Below, piece by piece: positions 1-9,327 of a stretch of 41,846 nucleotides of DNA (position 1 is the stretch's first letter; every line of letters starts with the position of its first letter). Source of the DNA: an uncultured Chthonomonadaceae bacterium (lineage in GTDB: Bacteria > Armatimonadota > Chthonomonadetes > Chthonomonadales > Chthonomonadaceae); NCBI GenBank assembly GCA_963835065.1, contig CAWIEK010000029.1, positions 1-41,846 of the forward strand, in the 5' to 3' direction. The notes under the pieces are model-generated. The model had not been told where the DNA came from and searched no databases. It worked only from the letters and a program-made list of their open reading frames with translations. The position numbers and the translations under genes were made by a program.

Positions 1-912
1 GGGCTGCATTTTGGCGAATTTCTTTTCGCCGATGCCCGATATTTGCAGCATGTCTTCGGGAGCGGTGAATTTGCCGTTTTGCTCGCGGAAGTCGAGGATG
101 CGCTCGGCCATTGCGGGGCCGATACCGGGGATGCGCTGAAGTTCTTCGGCGCTTGCCGTGTTGATGTTGACGGTTCCCTGCGCCGGATCGCTGAGTTTGC
201 CGCCCTTGCCGCCCTTTGCCCCACCTGCTGTTTTCGCGCCGCTCTGTGCTGCGGTTTTGGAAGCTGACTTACCGCTTGTTTTGGTGGCAGGGGAAGAGAC
301 GGCGGAAATGGGAGCCGACGTAGACGTGGTTGTGGGGGCGTCCGCGCCGCCTTCGGGGTGCTGCTTGCGCGTGGGAAGATAAAGCTGGCTGCCGTCCTCG
401 ACACGCGATGCCAGATTGAGGCCGTCCGTATTCGCTTCGGCTGTCGGCCCACCCGCTTTTTGAATGGCGTCATCGTTGCGCGACCCGGCAGGCAAATGGT
501 ACACGCCCGGCTTTTTCACCGCGCCCGCCACATGCACCACAATGTCATTCGTGGAAGTGACGGGAGTGGAAGCATTGCCCGCATTTGCGCTTTCACCATT
601 CGGCGACGGGCCTGCATCAGTAGGCGAAATTGCAGACGTTGATGCCGCCGACGGGGAAGCGGTTGAAGGCGTGGACGGGGGTGAGGACGAAACATTTACG
701 CCGGAAGAGGAAGGCGTATTTGTCGGAATAGAAGTTGCGGCAGGACGACCGGGAAGCGGGCCACCCGGCGGCTGCGCGAACGTTTCGCGCAGCGTGATGC
801 CGGGTTCGGTTGCCGCCCGCATACTTTTGACGATCAGCCCGGTCAGCGCCAGGCCGAACACGACGATGACTGCAATGACTCCTGCCGCTTCCTTGCGCGA
901 CGGTTTGAACAT
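1..912 (-). CDS. comEA: ComEA family DNA-binding protein (TM, SLBB, helix-hairpin-helix); 3' end runs off the window
   Basis: Not in the ORF track; translated by hand from ATG at 912: MFKPSRKEAAGVIAVIVVFGLAL (TM) ... IVVHVAGAVKKPGVYHLPAGSR (SLBB) ... VNINTASAEELQRIPGIGPAMAERILDFREQNGKFTAPEDMLQISGIGEKKF (HhH). Confidence 0.93.
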   Translation of the reverse strand, partial: MFKPSRKEAAGVIAVIVVFGLALTGLIVKSMRAATEPGITLRETFAQPPGGPLPGRPAATSIPTNTPSSSGVNVSSSPPSTPSTASPSAASTSAISPTDAGPSPNGESANAGNASTPVTSTNDIVVHVAGAVKKPGVYHLPAGSRNDDAIQKAGGPTAEANTDGLNLASRVEDGSQLYLPTRKQHPEGGADAPTTTSTSAPISAVSSPATKTSGKSASKTAAQSGAKTAGGAKGGKGGKLSDPAQGTVNINTASAEELQRIPGIGPAMAERILDFREQNGKFTAPEDMLQISGIGEKKFAKMQP

Positions 913-1002
913 GGCGCGTTTGTCTCCGCTTCGTAATTGAAAAGAGTGGTAAGGAACTACGGGCGAACAACAACACGGTCCGTTTGTGTTTGCTCCGGGC
1001 CG

Positions 1003-1800
1003 CTATCCCCCAATGATGTTGCCGCCGAAGGTGCGTATTTTAGGTGTTTTGATGCGCGGGGCGCGATACCCGTTGTAGCCGTTGTACCTGTTGTTTCTGC
1101 CTGCCTGCCTGTTCCCGTTGTTCTGATTATTGGTTTGTTTGTTGGTGTTGTTTTGCGCGTTGGGATCGTAGGGTTTGCCGTCTACGGTTTCCTGCTGCGA
1201 AAGTACCTTCACGCTTTGAAGTTTCCAGGCATTGCCTGCCGTCGTCCAGATTTCCTGCGAATTGGTAGTCAGCGCCATTTTGTGCGGCTTATTTTGCGCG
1301 TCGTTGGCGGTTTCCGCGTAATAGTGGTGCAGCGTCGCGGTCACTTTGCCGCCGCTTGTTTGGACGCTTTCCACCTGGCTGCTGACCTTATCAATGGAAA
1401 CGGCGTTGGTGAGCGTGAGCCGTTCGCCGGCTTCCACATCCCCCCGCGACATTACTTTGCCTTTCGCGTCCCGGAACGTAAAATCCTGCGTACGCAAGGC
1501 CGCGAGAACCAATTCATCCCGTTTTTTGGTCGCCGCCACGCACTTGTTGTAGATTTCCTGAAGCGCCCGCTTGTAAGGCAAATCTGCCGACGCGCTTCCA
1601 GCAGGGTTCGTCACAGAGTTTGTTGAGGAGTTTGTGGAAGGATTGGCTCCCGCAAGCGGCAGGGTTTTGCTGCCGGTTTTGCCCGTGTTGTAAATGTCGG
1701 GGCTGCCGAAAGTATCGCCGCTCTGCCCGCCCGTTTGCGCCCACGCCGTCACGCTCGTCGCCAGCAATCCCGCTGTCAGAACCATTCGCCATGTTTTCAT
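1003..1800 (-). CDS. Secreted hypothetical protein, probable NTF2-like (DUF4440/SnoaL-like) domain with N/Q-rich tail
   Basis: Signal peptide MKTWRMVLTAGLLATSVTAWA; DF...DAKGKVMSR and C-terminal W....W(K)L pattern typical of NTF2-like folds; start chosen at ATG 1800. Confidence 0.65.
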   Translation of the reverse strand: MKTWRMVLTAGLLATSVTAWAQTGGQSGDTFGSPDIYNTGKTGSKTLPLAGANPSTNSSTNSVTNPAGSASADLPYKRALQEIYNKCVAATKKRDELVLAALRTQDFTFRDAKGKVMSRGDVEAGERLTLTNAVSIDKVSSQVESVQTSGGKVTATLHHYYAETANDAQNKPHKMALTTNSQEIWTTAGNAWKLQSVKVLSQQETVDGKPYDPNAQNNTNKQTNNQNNGNRQAGRNNRYNGYNGYRAPRIKTPKIRTFGGNIIGG

Positions 1801-1982
1801 TTCGCTTCTCCTGTACAAAATTCCTGCTCGCCCGCATACTTTTCTGCTTTGTCTGTTCGCAAGCAATTCGTGCCTATGTTGACGTTGAAAATCGGCAGGA
1901 GTTCACAACTTTTTGGCATTTTGCAGGGAAGACAGGCCAATCTCGCGCAGGAACCCTCCGCTCCAATGGAGAACTTGCGCTC

Positions 1983-2195
1983 ATGAAATCACGACGCGCC
2001 TTGCTGCTCTCCATAACTGTTGTGCTTGCGCTGTGTGCCGCCTGTGGCGTGTGGCTGCATCGGGAGCGGCAGCAATATGCGCTCAATCGGCAACTCATTG
2101 CCGCCCTGGAACGCGCGGCGCAAAGTAAGCGCCCTTCTCCTTACTCCTGTGTTCCTTCCATAGCCCGCACCAACTGCTCCTCGTGCCTCTCCTGA
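1983..2195 (+). pseudogene. Short membrane-anchored ORF, probably a truncated N-terminal gene fragment
   Basis: MKSRRALLLSITVVLALCAACGVWLHRERQQYALNRQLIAALE preceded by GGAG; after about 45 codons it runs into the 3' end of the convergent gene. Confidence 0.35.
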
Positions 2196-2656
2196 GCGTC
2201 GGCAACGGCTCGCAGCAGCACGGCCTCTTGTTCCTGGATCGGTTTCGCAGAGGCCCGCACTAGGCTTTCCGGTGCGGGCAGGTCGGCGGTGTTGGCGCGA
2301 GTTATAGGCTGCATCGCGTCCACAGTTCTCCAACTTTTCCGAGTGGCCCACCAAAAGCACAAACTAATGAGAAGCAAGCAGAAGCAGACTGGTATAGCAA
2401 CACTTAAAAAACTAGGGTCATAAGCACAATCAAACCCATGTGCGATACATATCCTCCGTTCTTTTTCGTCCTCACGCATAAAGCCGGGCAACCCTAGCAG
2501 CGACAACGCCAGGAACAGGCCGCAAACAATCAGCCCTCCACTGAATCCTATGGCGAGCGTTGTCTTGACAACGTATTCGCCCTTACTTACGACGCGCTTA
2601 CGAGGCTGTTTTGGGAGGGTCTGCATCTGTGGTGGCGTAAGGTTCAGTGCGGGCAA
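2141..2656 (-). CDS. Hypothetical membrane protein (2 TM) with repeated LVRA/LLRA C-terminal motif
   Basis: Two hydrophobic segments, then PAPESLVRAS...AVLLRAV...EQLVRA; start uncertain. Confidence 0.6.
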   Translation of the reverse strand: MPALNLTPPQMQTLPKQPRKRVVSKGEYVVKTTLAIGFSGGLIVCGLFLALSLLGLPGFMREDEKERRICIAHGFDCAYDPSFLSVAIPVCFCLLLISLCFWWATRKSWRTVDAMQPITRANTADLPAPESLVRASAKPIQEQEAVLLRAVADAQERHEEQLVRAMEGTQE

Positions 2657-2935
2657 GGTTTGTAAAGGCTGTTCAATTTCTTCAAAGGTTTATTGCATTT
2701 ATTCGCTTTTCCTTACTCACTATGTGCTTACCCGTACACGATGGCTGGTTCAGGCGGGTTGCTCCTGTGTATTCTCTGCCCCCAAAGCCGCGGCTTTGCG
2801 TCGTTTGCGAACCTCCACCATCACAGTGACGGCCACTAGCCAGCCATGTCGCCGTGATCTGGGCGATCAACACGGGACGCCACGACTTGCCGGGGGCGGG
2901 CAGGCTGTCAATGGTCGCGATACAGGTTTGATACG

Positions 2936-4354
2936 CTAGCGAACAGGGTGAGGATAAGCGACGGGGCTGCGACGCCCTGAACTGTCAACGGCTCGGATGC
3001 CAAAAATAAAGTTGTCTTTGGACAAACCCTCAACGGTGTACTTTGTGACGTTGCCAATAAAGCGGCTATGCGTCCACAGCGGGGCCGTTGTTTCGCGCCA
3101 CACAATTTCATAGCCTGCGATATTCGACTCGCCGTTGGCTTTCCACTCCAAATCGGTATCCGTAGTCAGCCGCCGTGTGACAAGCCCTGCGCCCTGCGGC
3201 GTGTCGGGAGCCAGCGCGAGGGCAGCAAGGGCGGCGGCATTGACGCGAGCGACATTGGTGATATAAGGAAAATCGTCGAACTCCGGCAGATCGCCGTAGA
3301 CGATGCCATTTTCCGTCCGTACGTTCTGGTGCTGATGATGGTAGTCCTCGTTGGGTTCCGTAAAGCGAACGGCAGGAAAGCCCTGCTCGTTGAAGGGGAT
3401 GTGGTCGCCGCCGCGCAGATAACGGTCACGGCGCGCAATCAGCATCACGCGCATGTGGGGAATGTAACGGTGGGCGGCCTCTTGAATATAGCGGGCGATC
3501 TGGCGTGAAGGGGCGTCCTCTTCGCCGCCGACGGAGCGCCGTGTTCGTGCCTCCGCGTCTGTTTCATTCGAGGCGATACCTTCCGAAAAAACGCGAACAG
3601 TCCGGTCGTCGTGAACGCCGTTGCCACCTTTTGTGCCGCCCACGATGTCGTCTGTGAACATAGCCTCGATCCGCCAGCCGTTTTGTTTCGCCTGCGCCGC
3701 AAAGTATGTGGAGCCGAGCAAGCCCTGCTCCTCACCTGCCACGGTCAAGAAGACGAGGGTAGCGTGAAAGCGATATTGGCTCATGACACGGGCTGTTTCC
3801 AGCACCACGGCAACGCCACTGGCATCATCATTGGCTCCCGGCGCATCATCAATTGCGTTGGTCGGGCTGGTACATATTGAGTTGTAATGCCCGCTGACGA
3901 TGATATATCTTTCCTGGCCCTGCGGCAAATCGCCGGGAAGCACGGCCACAATGTTGGTCAGGGGCGTCGGCTGTGGAACGCGGGCCGCAACGGGCTGGAT
4001 AAAGGTTTGCTTTTCAACGCGCAGCCGATTGCCGGACGCAGCTCGCAGATTGACAAACTCACTATATAGCCAATCGCGGGCCGCGCCAATGCCTCGCTGT
4101 GGGTTATCCTGAACCGACAGCGTGTTCCGCGTTCCAAACGAAACGAGTTTTCGGATGGTGCGTTCGATGTTGTCGGCCTGAATATCGTGCAGGATGCGCA
4201 GGATGTTGGGGTCACTATGCTCCTGGATGGGAGTGATCGGTGCAGAGGACTGTGCCGCAATTACTTTCTCTTGACCGCGCGCGAGAGACATGGGACAACT
4301 TATCAGCACAACGGCGATGCAGAAAAGTGAAAGAGAAATAGTTCTGATTTTCAT
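2936..4354 (-). CDS. M28 family metallopeptidase, secreted, with C-terminal FN3-like domain
   Basis: Signal peptide; SGHYNS, APGANDDASG, GEEQGLLGS, GGDH and HHQH zinc-peptidase motifs. Confidence 0.9.
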   Translation of the reverse strand: MKIRTISLSLFCIAVVLISCPMSLARGQEKVIAAQSSAPITPIQEHSDPNILRILHDIQADNIERTIRKLVSFGTRNTLSVQDNPQRGIGAARDWLYSEFVNLRAASGNRLRVEKQTFIQPVAARVPQPTPLTNIVAVLPGDLPQGQERYIIVSGHYNSICTSPTNAIDDAPGANDDASGVAVVLETARVMSQYRFHATLVFLTVAGEEQGLLGSTYFAAQAKQNGWRIEAMFTDDIVGGTKGGNGVHDDRTVRVFSEGIASNETDAEARTRRSVGGEEDAPSRQIARYIQEAAHRYIPHMRVMLIARRDRYLRGGDHIPFNEQGFPAVRFTEPNEDYHHQHQNVRTENGIVYGDLPEFDDFPYITNVARVNAAALAALALAPDTPQGAGLVTRRLTTDTDLEWKANGESNIAGYEIVWRETTAPLWTHSRFIGNVTKYTVEGLSKDNFIFGIRAVDSSGRRSPVAYPHPVR

Positions 4355-4733
4355 GATTGAAAGGGTACCCGTTTCACAAAAGATTGCAATTCGACGGTCA
4401 TGCGTTCATCCGACGGCGCGGCGATTTTACGAAACTCCCCGGTCATCCAGTCCCTTGCCGCGCTGATGCCCTGTTTCGGGTCGATTTGCGTGGACAGCGT
4501 GTTGCGCGTTCCAAAGACGACAAGCGCGTGAATTGTCCGCTCGATGTTCTGCGCGTCAATGCCCCGCGTCATCTGCGCAATGTCGGATGGGAAGCCATCG
4601 CTTCTGCCGCTTTCGGCAATCGGCTGTACCCTCGCGTTCGCGCCACGCCAACGCCCATCAGCAATGCCGGCGCCGCCAAACTATCCGCCATGATGCCAAA
4701 ATGCTTCCTTTGTGGGAAACGAAAGATGAACAC
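4351..4733 (-). pseudogene. Frameshifted, truncated 5' fragment of a second M28 peptidase
   Basis: GTG 4733 after AGGAAGGA; after a frameshift reads DIAQMTRGIDAQNIERTIHALVVFGTRNTLS..GISAARDW, matching NIERTIRKLVSFGTRNTLS..GIGAARDW of the adjacent gene; ends at 4351. Confidence 0.75.
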
Positions 4734-4745
4734 GCTGTTTCCTTC

Positions 4746-5006
4746 CTACACCCCTGCTGCCGTTGTCGCCAGTTCCTTTGTGGCAAAATAGCCCCGTTCA
4801 CGCATGATCTCTATTAGTTCTTGCGCATTGCTCGGATGCCGTCCACTCAGTATCTGTTCATCGTAGAGTTCCTGTTCTGCGGGAGGCAGGCAATCACGAT
4901 AGTGGATTGCGTAAGCAAGCGCCTCGTCAACAGAAACTACCCCCCTCCATGGACGGGTACAAAACATTTCTTCCATCTTAGCATGAATCAAATCATCGTT
5001 GTTCAC
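4746..5006 (-). CDS. Small hypothetical protein downstream of kptA
   Basis: Open frame, AGGAG 8 nt before GTG 5006, co-oriented and 30 nt after the kptA stop; no motif recognised. Confidence 0.5.
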   Translation of the reverse strand: MNNDDLIHAKMEEMFCTRPWRGVVSVDEALAYAIHYRDCLPPAEQELYDEQILSGRHPSNAQELIEIMRERGYFATKELATTAAGV

Positions 5007-5036
5007 AGAAGCCACTCCTACTGCCTGATATAGTAT

Positions 5037-5600
5037 TCATGGACGGTTGCTGCGGATGAACTCAGGCGGAATAGTTGTGGACAGGTACAGGCGCGGTTCG
5101 GGATTATAGAACTTCACGCCTGATTGCTGCGCGTCCTGCGCTCGAATGGTCAAGATTACGGGATGTGGTGTGCGCCGACGGCCTACGATAATCGCTTGGT
5201 CTACCGTAGAAGACAAATGTACGTACTGGCGCTGCATGGACTGCAAGCCGGTCTGCAAAATCGCCTGCGCCGCTTGCGCCGTCGTGCCGTGATACAAAAT
5301 GGCGGGCGGATCGGTTTCGGGGTACGTGACGGCTTCCGCAACCGAATGTCCGTACCGCGCCCGTATCTGCCCGTTCACGATCTCATAGCGCTGCTTGTCC
5401 GAGGCTTCCACCACTTCGCGGATGTGTTCCTCGCGTATCCACTGCCAGTTGCGTTGCCTGCGTACTGCTATGACAAACTCATCCAACGGCACAAACCCCT
5501 CTGCGCCCAATGTCAGCCCGATCTTCTGCGGCTCATGACGCAGTACAAGGGACATAAACTTGCTCAACTGTCGCTGCTGTTCGGAAGATAGTAAACTCAT
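5037..5600 (-). CDS. kptA: RNA 2'-phosphotransferase (Tpt1/KptA)
   Basis: LSKFMSLVLRH, KQRY, IRARYGHS, LYHGT, RQYVHLS motifs. Confidence 0.95.
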   Translation of the reverse strand: MSLLSSEQQRQLSKFMSLVLRHEPQKIGLTLGAEGFVPLDEFVIAVRRQRNWQWIREEHIREVVEASDKQRYEIVNGQIRARYGHSVAEAVTYPETDPPAILYHGTTAQAAQAILQTGLQSMQRQYVHLSSTVDQAIIVGRRRTPHPVILTIRAQDAQQSGVKFYNPEPRLYLSTTIPPEFIRSNRP

Positions 5601-5610
5601 AGGAAACTCC

Positions 5611-5741
5611 GGTATTCAGGTATTCAGGTGTTCGGGTGTTCAGGAATGGAACTACAAGCCTGTACTATTCTATCGAAATGTTACGCCGACCCACTAAACT
5701 CCCAACACCTGAATACCTGAACACCTGAATACCTGAATACC
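5611..5741. repeat. Palindromic element: inverted arrays of octamer GGT(A/G)TTCA
   Basis: About 4 copies at 5611-5644 and reverse-complement copies at 5706-5741, the latter directly against the pcm stop codon. Confidence 0.85.
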
Positions 5742-6395
5742 CTACTCCTTCCAGCCTTGTTCGCCAATTAAAGGCACAAACTGGCACTCCTCCAGCGTTC
5801 GCGTCGTGATTTGACCCTGCGCGTCTTTGATAAGGACGGTCAGGCGCTGCGCCGCCGCTGTTCCAACCGGCAGCGCAAGCCGTCCCGGTGAGGCAAGCTG
5901 CGCCACAAGCATGCTCGGAACCTGCGGCGAACCGGCGGCGACGGCAATGGCATCATACGGCGCATTTGCCGCATAGCCCTGCGTCCCATCCCCGACTACC
6001 ACTGCCACATCGCTATAGCCTGCTTCTAATAGCGTTTGCCGGGCGCTTACCGCCAGGCTTTCGTGCCGCTCGATGCTGACGACCTGCGCGGCCAGTTCCG
6101 CCAGAACCGCCGCCTGATACCCCGACCCCGTGCCCACGTCCAGAACGCGCTCATGCCCGCGCAATTCCAGCGTTTGCGCAATCGAGGCCACCATATAGGG
6201 CTGCGAAATCGTCTGCCCGTTCCCAATCGGCAGGGCGCGATCCGCATACGCGCTTTCCGCCAGTTCCTTTGGCACAAACAAATGGCGCGGGACACGGCGC
6301 AGGGCGTCCAGAACGCGCGTATCCACAATCCCCCGCGCCTGCAACTGCTCCCGCACCATGCGCTCCCGCGCCTCACTATACGCCTGCTCGTCCAT
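5742..6395 (-). CDS. pcm: Protein-L-isoaspartate(D-aspartate) O-methyltransferase
   Basis: VPRHLFVP, GQTISQPYMVA, VLDVGTGSGYQAA, APYDAI, FVPLIG. Confidence 0.95.
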   Translation of the reverse strand: MDEQAYSEARERMVREQLQARGIVDTRVLDALRRVPRHLFVPKELAESAYADRALPIGNGQTISQPYMVASIAQTLELRGHERVLDVGTGSGYQAAVLAELAAQVVSIERHESLAVSARQTLLEAGYSDVAVVVGDGTQGYAANAPYDAIAVAAGSPQVPSMLVAQLASPGRLALPVGTAAAQRLTVLIKDAQGQITTRTLEECQFVPLIGEQGWKE

Positions 6396-6405
6396 AGGAA
6401 AAACT

Positions 6406-6505
6406 CTTACCACGGAGGACACGGATGAAACGGATAAACGCGGATGAGGAGGGCAGTATAAACTGATCCGTGTTCATCTGTTTCCTCCGTGTCCTCCGTG
6501 GTAAG
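6406..6505. repeat. Palindromic element with nonamer-type arms (CACGGAGGA/ACGGAT)
   Basis: CTTACCACGGAGGACACGGATGAAACGGATAAACGCGGAT (6406-6445) and its imperfect reverse complement (6466-6505). Confidence 0.85.
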
Positions 6506-6536
6506 TATTGTTGTTTGCTCAGTTAGCGGTAATGGC

Positions 6537-8151
6537 TCAGTGCGCGTTTTCAGGGCGCATGAGGGGAAAGAGAATTACGTCGCGGACGCTTTCGGCTCCG
6601 GTCAGGACGAGGGCGAGGCGGTCCATGCCGATGCCCAACCCGCCCGTCGGTGGCATACCGTACTCCATCGCGCGCAAAAAGTCTTCGTCCATCGGGTGCG
6701 CTTCGTCGTTGCCTGCTTCGCGCTGCGATACTTGCCCCTCGAAACGCTCGCGCTGATCTATGGGGTCGTTGATTTCGCTGAACGCATTGCCCAACTCCTG
6801 CGTCGCCATGTAAATCTCGAAACGGCGCGTGAGGGCGGGATTGTCCGGGCGCTTTTTGGCAAGAGGAGAGGTTTCCGTCGGAAAATCCGTGATGAACGTC
6901 GGCTGAATGAGATTGGGCTGCGTGTAAACTTCGTGCAGTTTTTCGATCAGGCCGCCCAACGTCTCTTCCTTGTCTAAGGCGAAGGGCACTTTGATGCGGC
7001 GACACGCGGCTTTGGCGGTTTCCAGATCGGTCAGTTCTTCGGGCGCGATGCCCGCGTACTGCGCGATGCCTTCCAGCATGGGAAGACGCCGGAACGGGCG
7101 CGCGATTTCGACGGTCTGCTCGCCATACTGAAACGACGGCTTGCCGTTGATGGCCGTGCAGATGGTTTCGTACATCGCCTCGACCAGTTCCATGATGTCT
7201 TCCAGATTGGCATACGCCTGATAGAGTTCCATCAGGGTGAATTCCGGGTTGTGGCGCGTGGACATGCCCTCGTTGCGGAACACGCGCCCGATCTCGAACA
7301 CCTTCTCGTAGCCGCCGATAATCAGCCGCTTCAGGTACAGTTCCAGCGAAATGCGCAGTTTGAAGTCGTGGTCAAGGGCGTTGTGGTGCGTCATAAACGG
7401 ACGGGCCGCCGCGCCGCCCGCCACCAATTGCAGCACGGGCGTTTCCACTTCCAGAAAGCCCCGCTCTTCCAGAAACCGCCGCATGGTGGAAACCACTTTG
7501 CTGCGCTTGGTCAGCACATCGCGGGAAGCGGGGTTGGCAAGCAGGTCAAGATGGCGATGCCGATACCGCTCTTCCTGATCGGCAAGCGCGTTGTAGGTGC
7601 GGCCCTCATCGTCCTGCTTGCCGAGTGGGGCGGGGCGCAGGGCTTTGGCAAGCAGGATATATTCGGTAACGTGGATGCTGGGTTCGCCCGTGCGCGTATG
7701 GAACGGAAAGCCGCGCACGCCGATAATGTCGCCCAGATCCAGTTCCTTGAACTGCTGAAACGCGGCTTCACCCACATCGTTGATACGCGCATAGACTTGA
7801 ACGCGCCCGCTTTCGTCCCGAACATCGGCAAAAATGGCTTTGCCCGCGCCCCGGTGCGCCGTCACGCGCCCGGCGATGGCAAATTGTAATGCCTTCTGCT
7901 CGTCTTCCGCAAGTTTCCAGTGCGCCGCGTCTTCGCGCCACAACCTGCGCCGCCGTATGCGTCCGCTCGTAACGCTCCTGCGCAAACGGGTCCTGCCCCT
8001 GCGCCCGCAACGCGTTCAGCTTGCGCAAGCGCTGCGCCACAAGCTCGTCTTCCGGCGGATGGTGGGGCGACAGCGCGGCAACCGGGTCCTGCCCCGGATG
8101 CTGAAGCTGATTTTGTATAGGGTCTTGCGATGGGGTGTGCTGCTCGTCCAA
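6537..8151 (-). CDS. lysS: Lysine--tRNA ligase (class II), one frameshift near 7935, probably a sequencing error
   Basis: N-terminus (QRLRKLNALRAQGQDPF) in ORF 7768..8151; rest in ORF 6537..7985 with GGAAARPF, LRISLELYLKRL, FRNEG, YGMPPTGGLGIGMDRL. Confidence 0.95.
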
Positions 8152-8165
8152 GATATAATCCTGGA

Positions 8166-8290
8166 AAGTAGTCAGTAGTCAGTAGTCAGTAGTCAGTAGA
8201 AAACTCTTCTTAAAAGCTGTTCGCTCTTGCACAAAGCTACGAGTAGAAGGGCATTTCTACTGACTACTGACTACTGACTACTGACTACTT
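8166..8290. repeat. Palindromic element: inverted arrays of heptamer AGTAGTC
   Basis: (AGTAGTC)x4-5 at 8166-8201 and reverse complement at 8255-8290; the greA TAG lies inside the right arm. Confidence 0.9.
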
Positions 8291-8764
8291 TCTTATGCTA
8301 TCAATCCGATACTGAAGCGCCCCATTGGGCACTTGAATGAAGACGGTTTGCCCGACTTTTTTGCCCATGATGGCTTCGCCGATGGGCGATTCATTGGAAA
8401 TGAGGTCGTTGTCGGGATCGGCTTCCACAGAGCCGACAATGGTAAATTCCCACTCATCGTCGTTTTCCAGATTGGTCATTTTCACGATGGAGCCGATGCC
8501 TACGACATCTGTGGGAATGTCCGCGTCTTCCAGGACGCGGGCCACTTGCAGGACGCGCCGGATGTCGAGTATCTGGCTTTCTACCAGCGCTTGTCCCTGC
8601 TTGGCGTCCTCGTACTCGGCGTTTTCCGTCAGGTCGCCAAATTGTTTGCTGTCGCGCAGGCGCACGGCCACTTCGGGACGCAGCACGTTGCGCAAGTAGT
8701 CCAGCCGCTGCTCCAGCTTTGCGTGTCCGCGCGGCGTCAACACAAGTTCTGCTTCCTGGGACAT
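8285..8764 (-). CDS. greA: Transcription elongation factor GreA
   Basis: GDLTENAEYEDAK, ISNESPIGEAIMGKKVG; adjacent to lysS. Confidence 0.96.
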   Translation of the reverse strand: MSQEAELVLTPRGHAKLEQRLDYLRNVLRPEVAVRLRDSKQFGDLTENAEYEDAKQGQALVESQILDIRRVLQVARVLEDADIPTDVVGIGSIVKMTNLENDDEWEFTIVGSVEADPDNDLISNESPIGEAIMGKKVGQTVFIQVPNGALQYRIDSIRK

Positions 8765-8951
8765 CCCCTCTTATCTCCTTGACAACATAATCAACACAGT
8801 TGTCGCGCTTCCAAGCCTGCTTTTATGCCAATTTTAAGGTGAATTTCCGTCTGAAAATAATTTCTAAGACAATTCTAAGACAAGTACGAACGTTACGCGC
8901 CGGTTTGCACCCGATTTACAGGGATTATCGGCAAAACTGTCTACGGATGTG

Positions 8952-8987
8952 ACAAAAGCACGAAGGATGCCGCTATCCCCCGTGCCT
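8952..8987 (-). terminator. Intrinsic terminator-like hairpin in the greA 5' leader
   Basis: Minus strand AGGCACGGGGGAT-AGCGGC-ATCCTTCGTGCTT then TTGT. Confidence 0.6.
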
Positions 8988-9048
8988 GAAATCTTTCAGC
9001 AACAACCTTGTATCACTCGCTGCGCATGAATTCTGTTTCGTGCGCAGG

Positions 9049-9077
9049 ATTATACCGCAGCTTCAGCCAAAAGTCAA
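9049..9077 (-). promoter_or_regulatory. Sigma70-type promoter for greA-lysS
   Basis: Minus strand TTGACT-N17-TATAAT. Confidence 0.7.
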
Positions 9078-9163
9078 TTGCCGTGAATGTGACTGTTGTG
9101 AAAATTTACCTCTTGTTCAACAGTAGATTTTCCGTCTTGCAGGAAAATTGGGCGTTCCCCGCG

Positions 9164-9316
9164 AACAGCGGGAAAGAACGCTGGCCGGTCAAGGAACGCC
9201 AGCCTTGCGGTTCGGATCACCGGGATGGGGTTTTTGATACTATGCACGGTCAAAATGGCGTGGCGGTCACCAACGCCATGGAACTTCATCCTATCCTGGA
9301 TGTCGAGTTTCTCTAA
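9164..9316 (+). pseudogene. Internally deleted remnant of a gene of the same family as 38311..39087
   Basis: SGKERWPVK, then (shifted frame) VRITGMGF, then DTMHGQNGVAVTNAMELHPILDVEFL*; compare PGKDRWPVK ... ARITGIGYF ... NLIQLHPVLKVEWL. Confidence 0.65.
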
Positions 9317-9327
9317 TGACTTTGCTG

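Noticed and set aside
7900..7990. Programmed frameshift or pseudogene in lysS
   Set aside because: lysS is normally essential, no slippery site is evident, and similar single indels occur in DUF5693, S9, STN and AAA_35 genes; sequencing error is more likely
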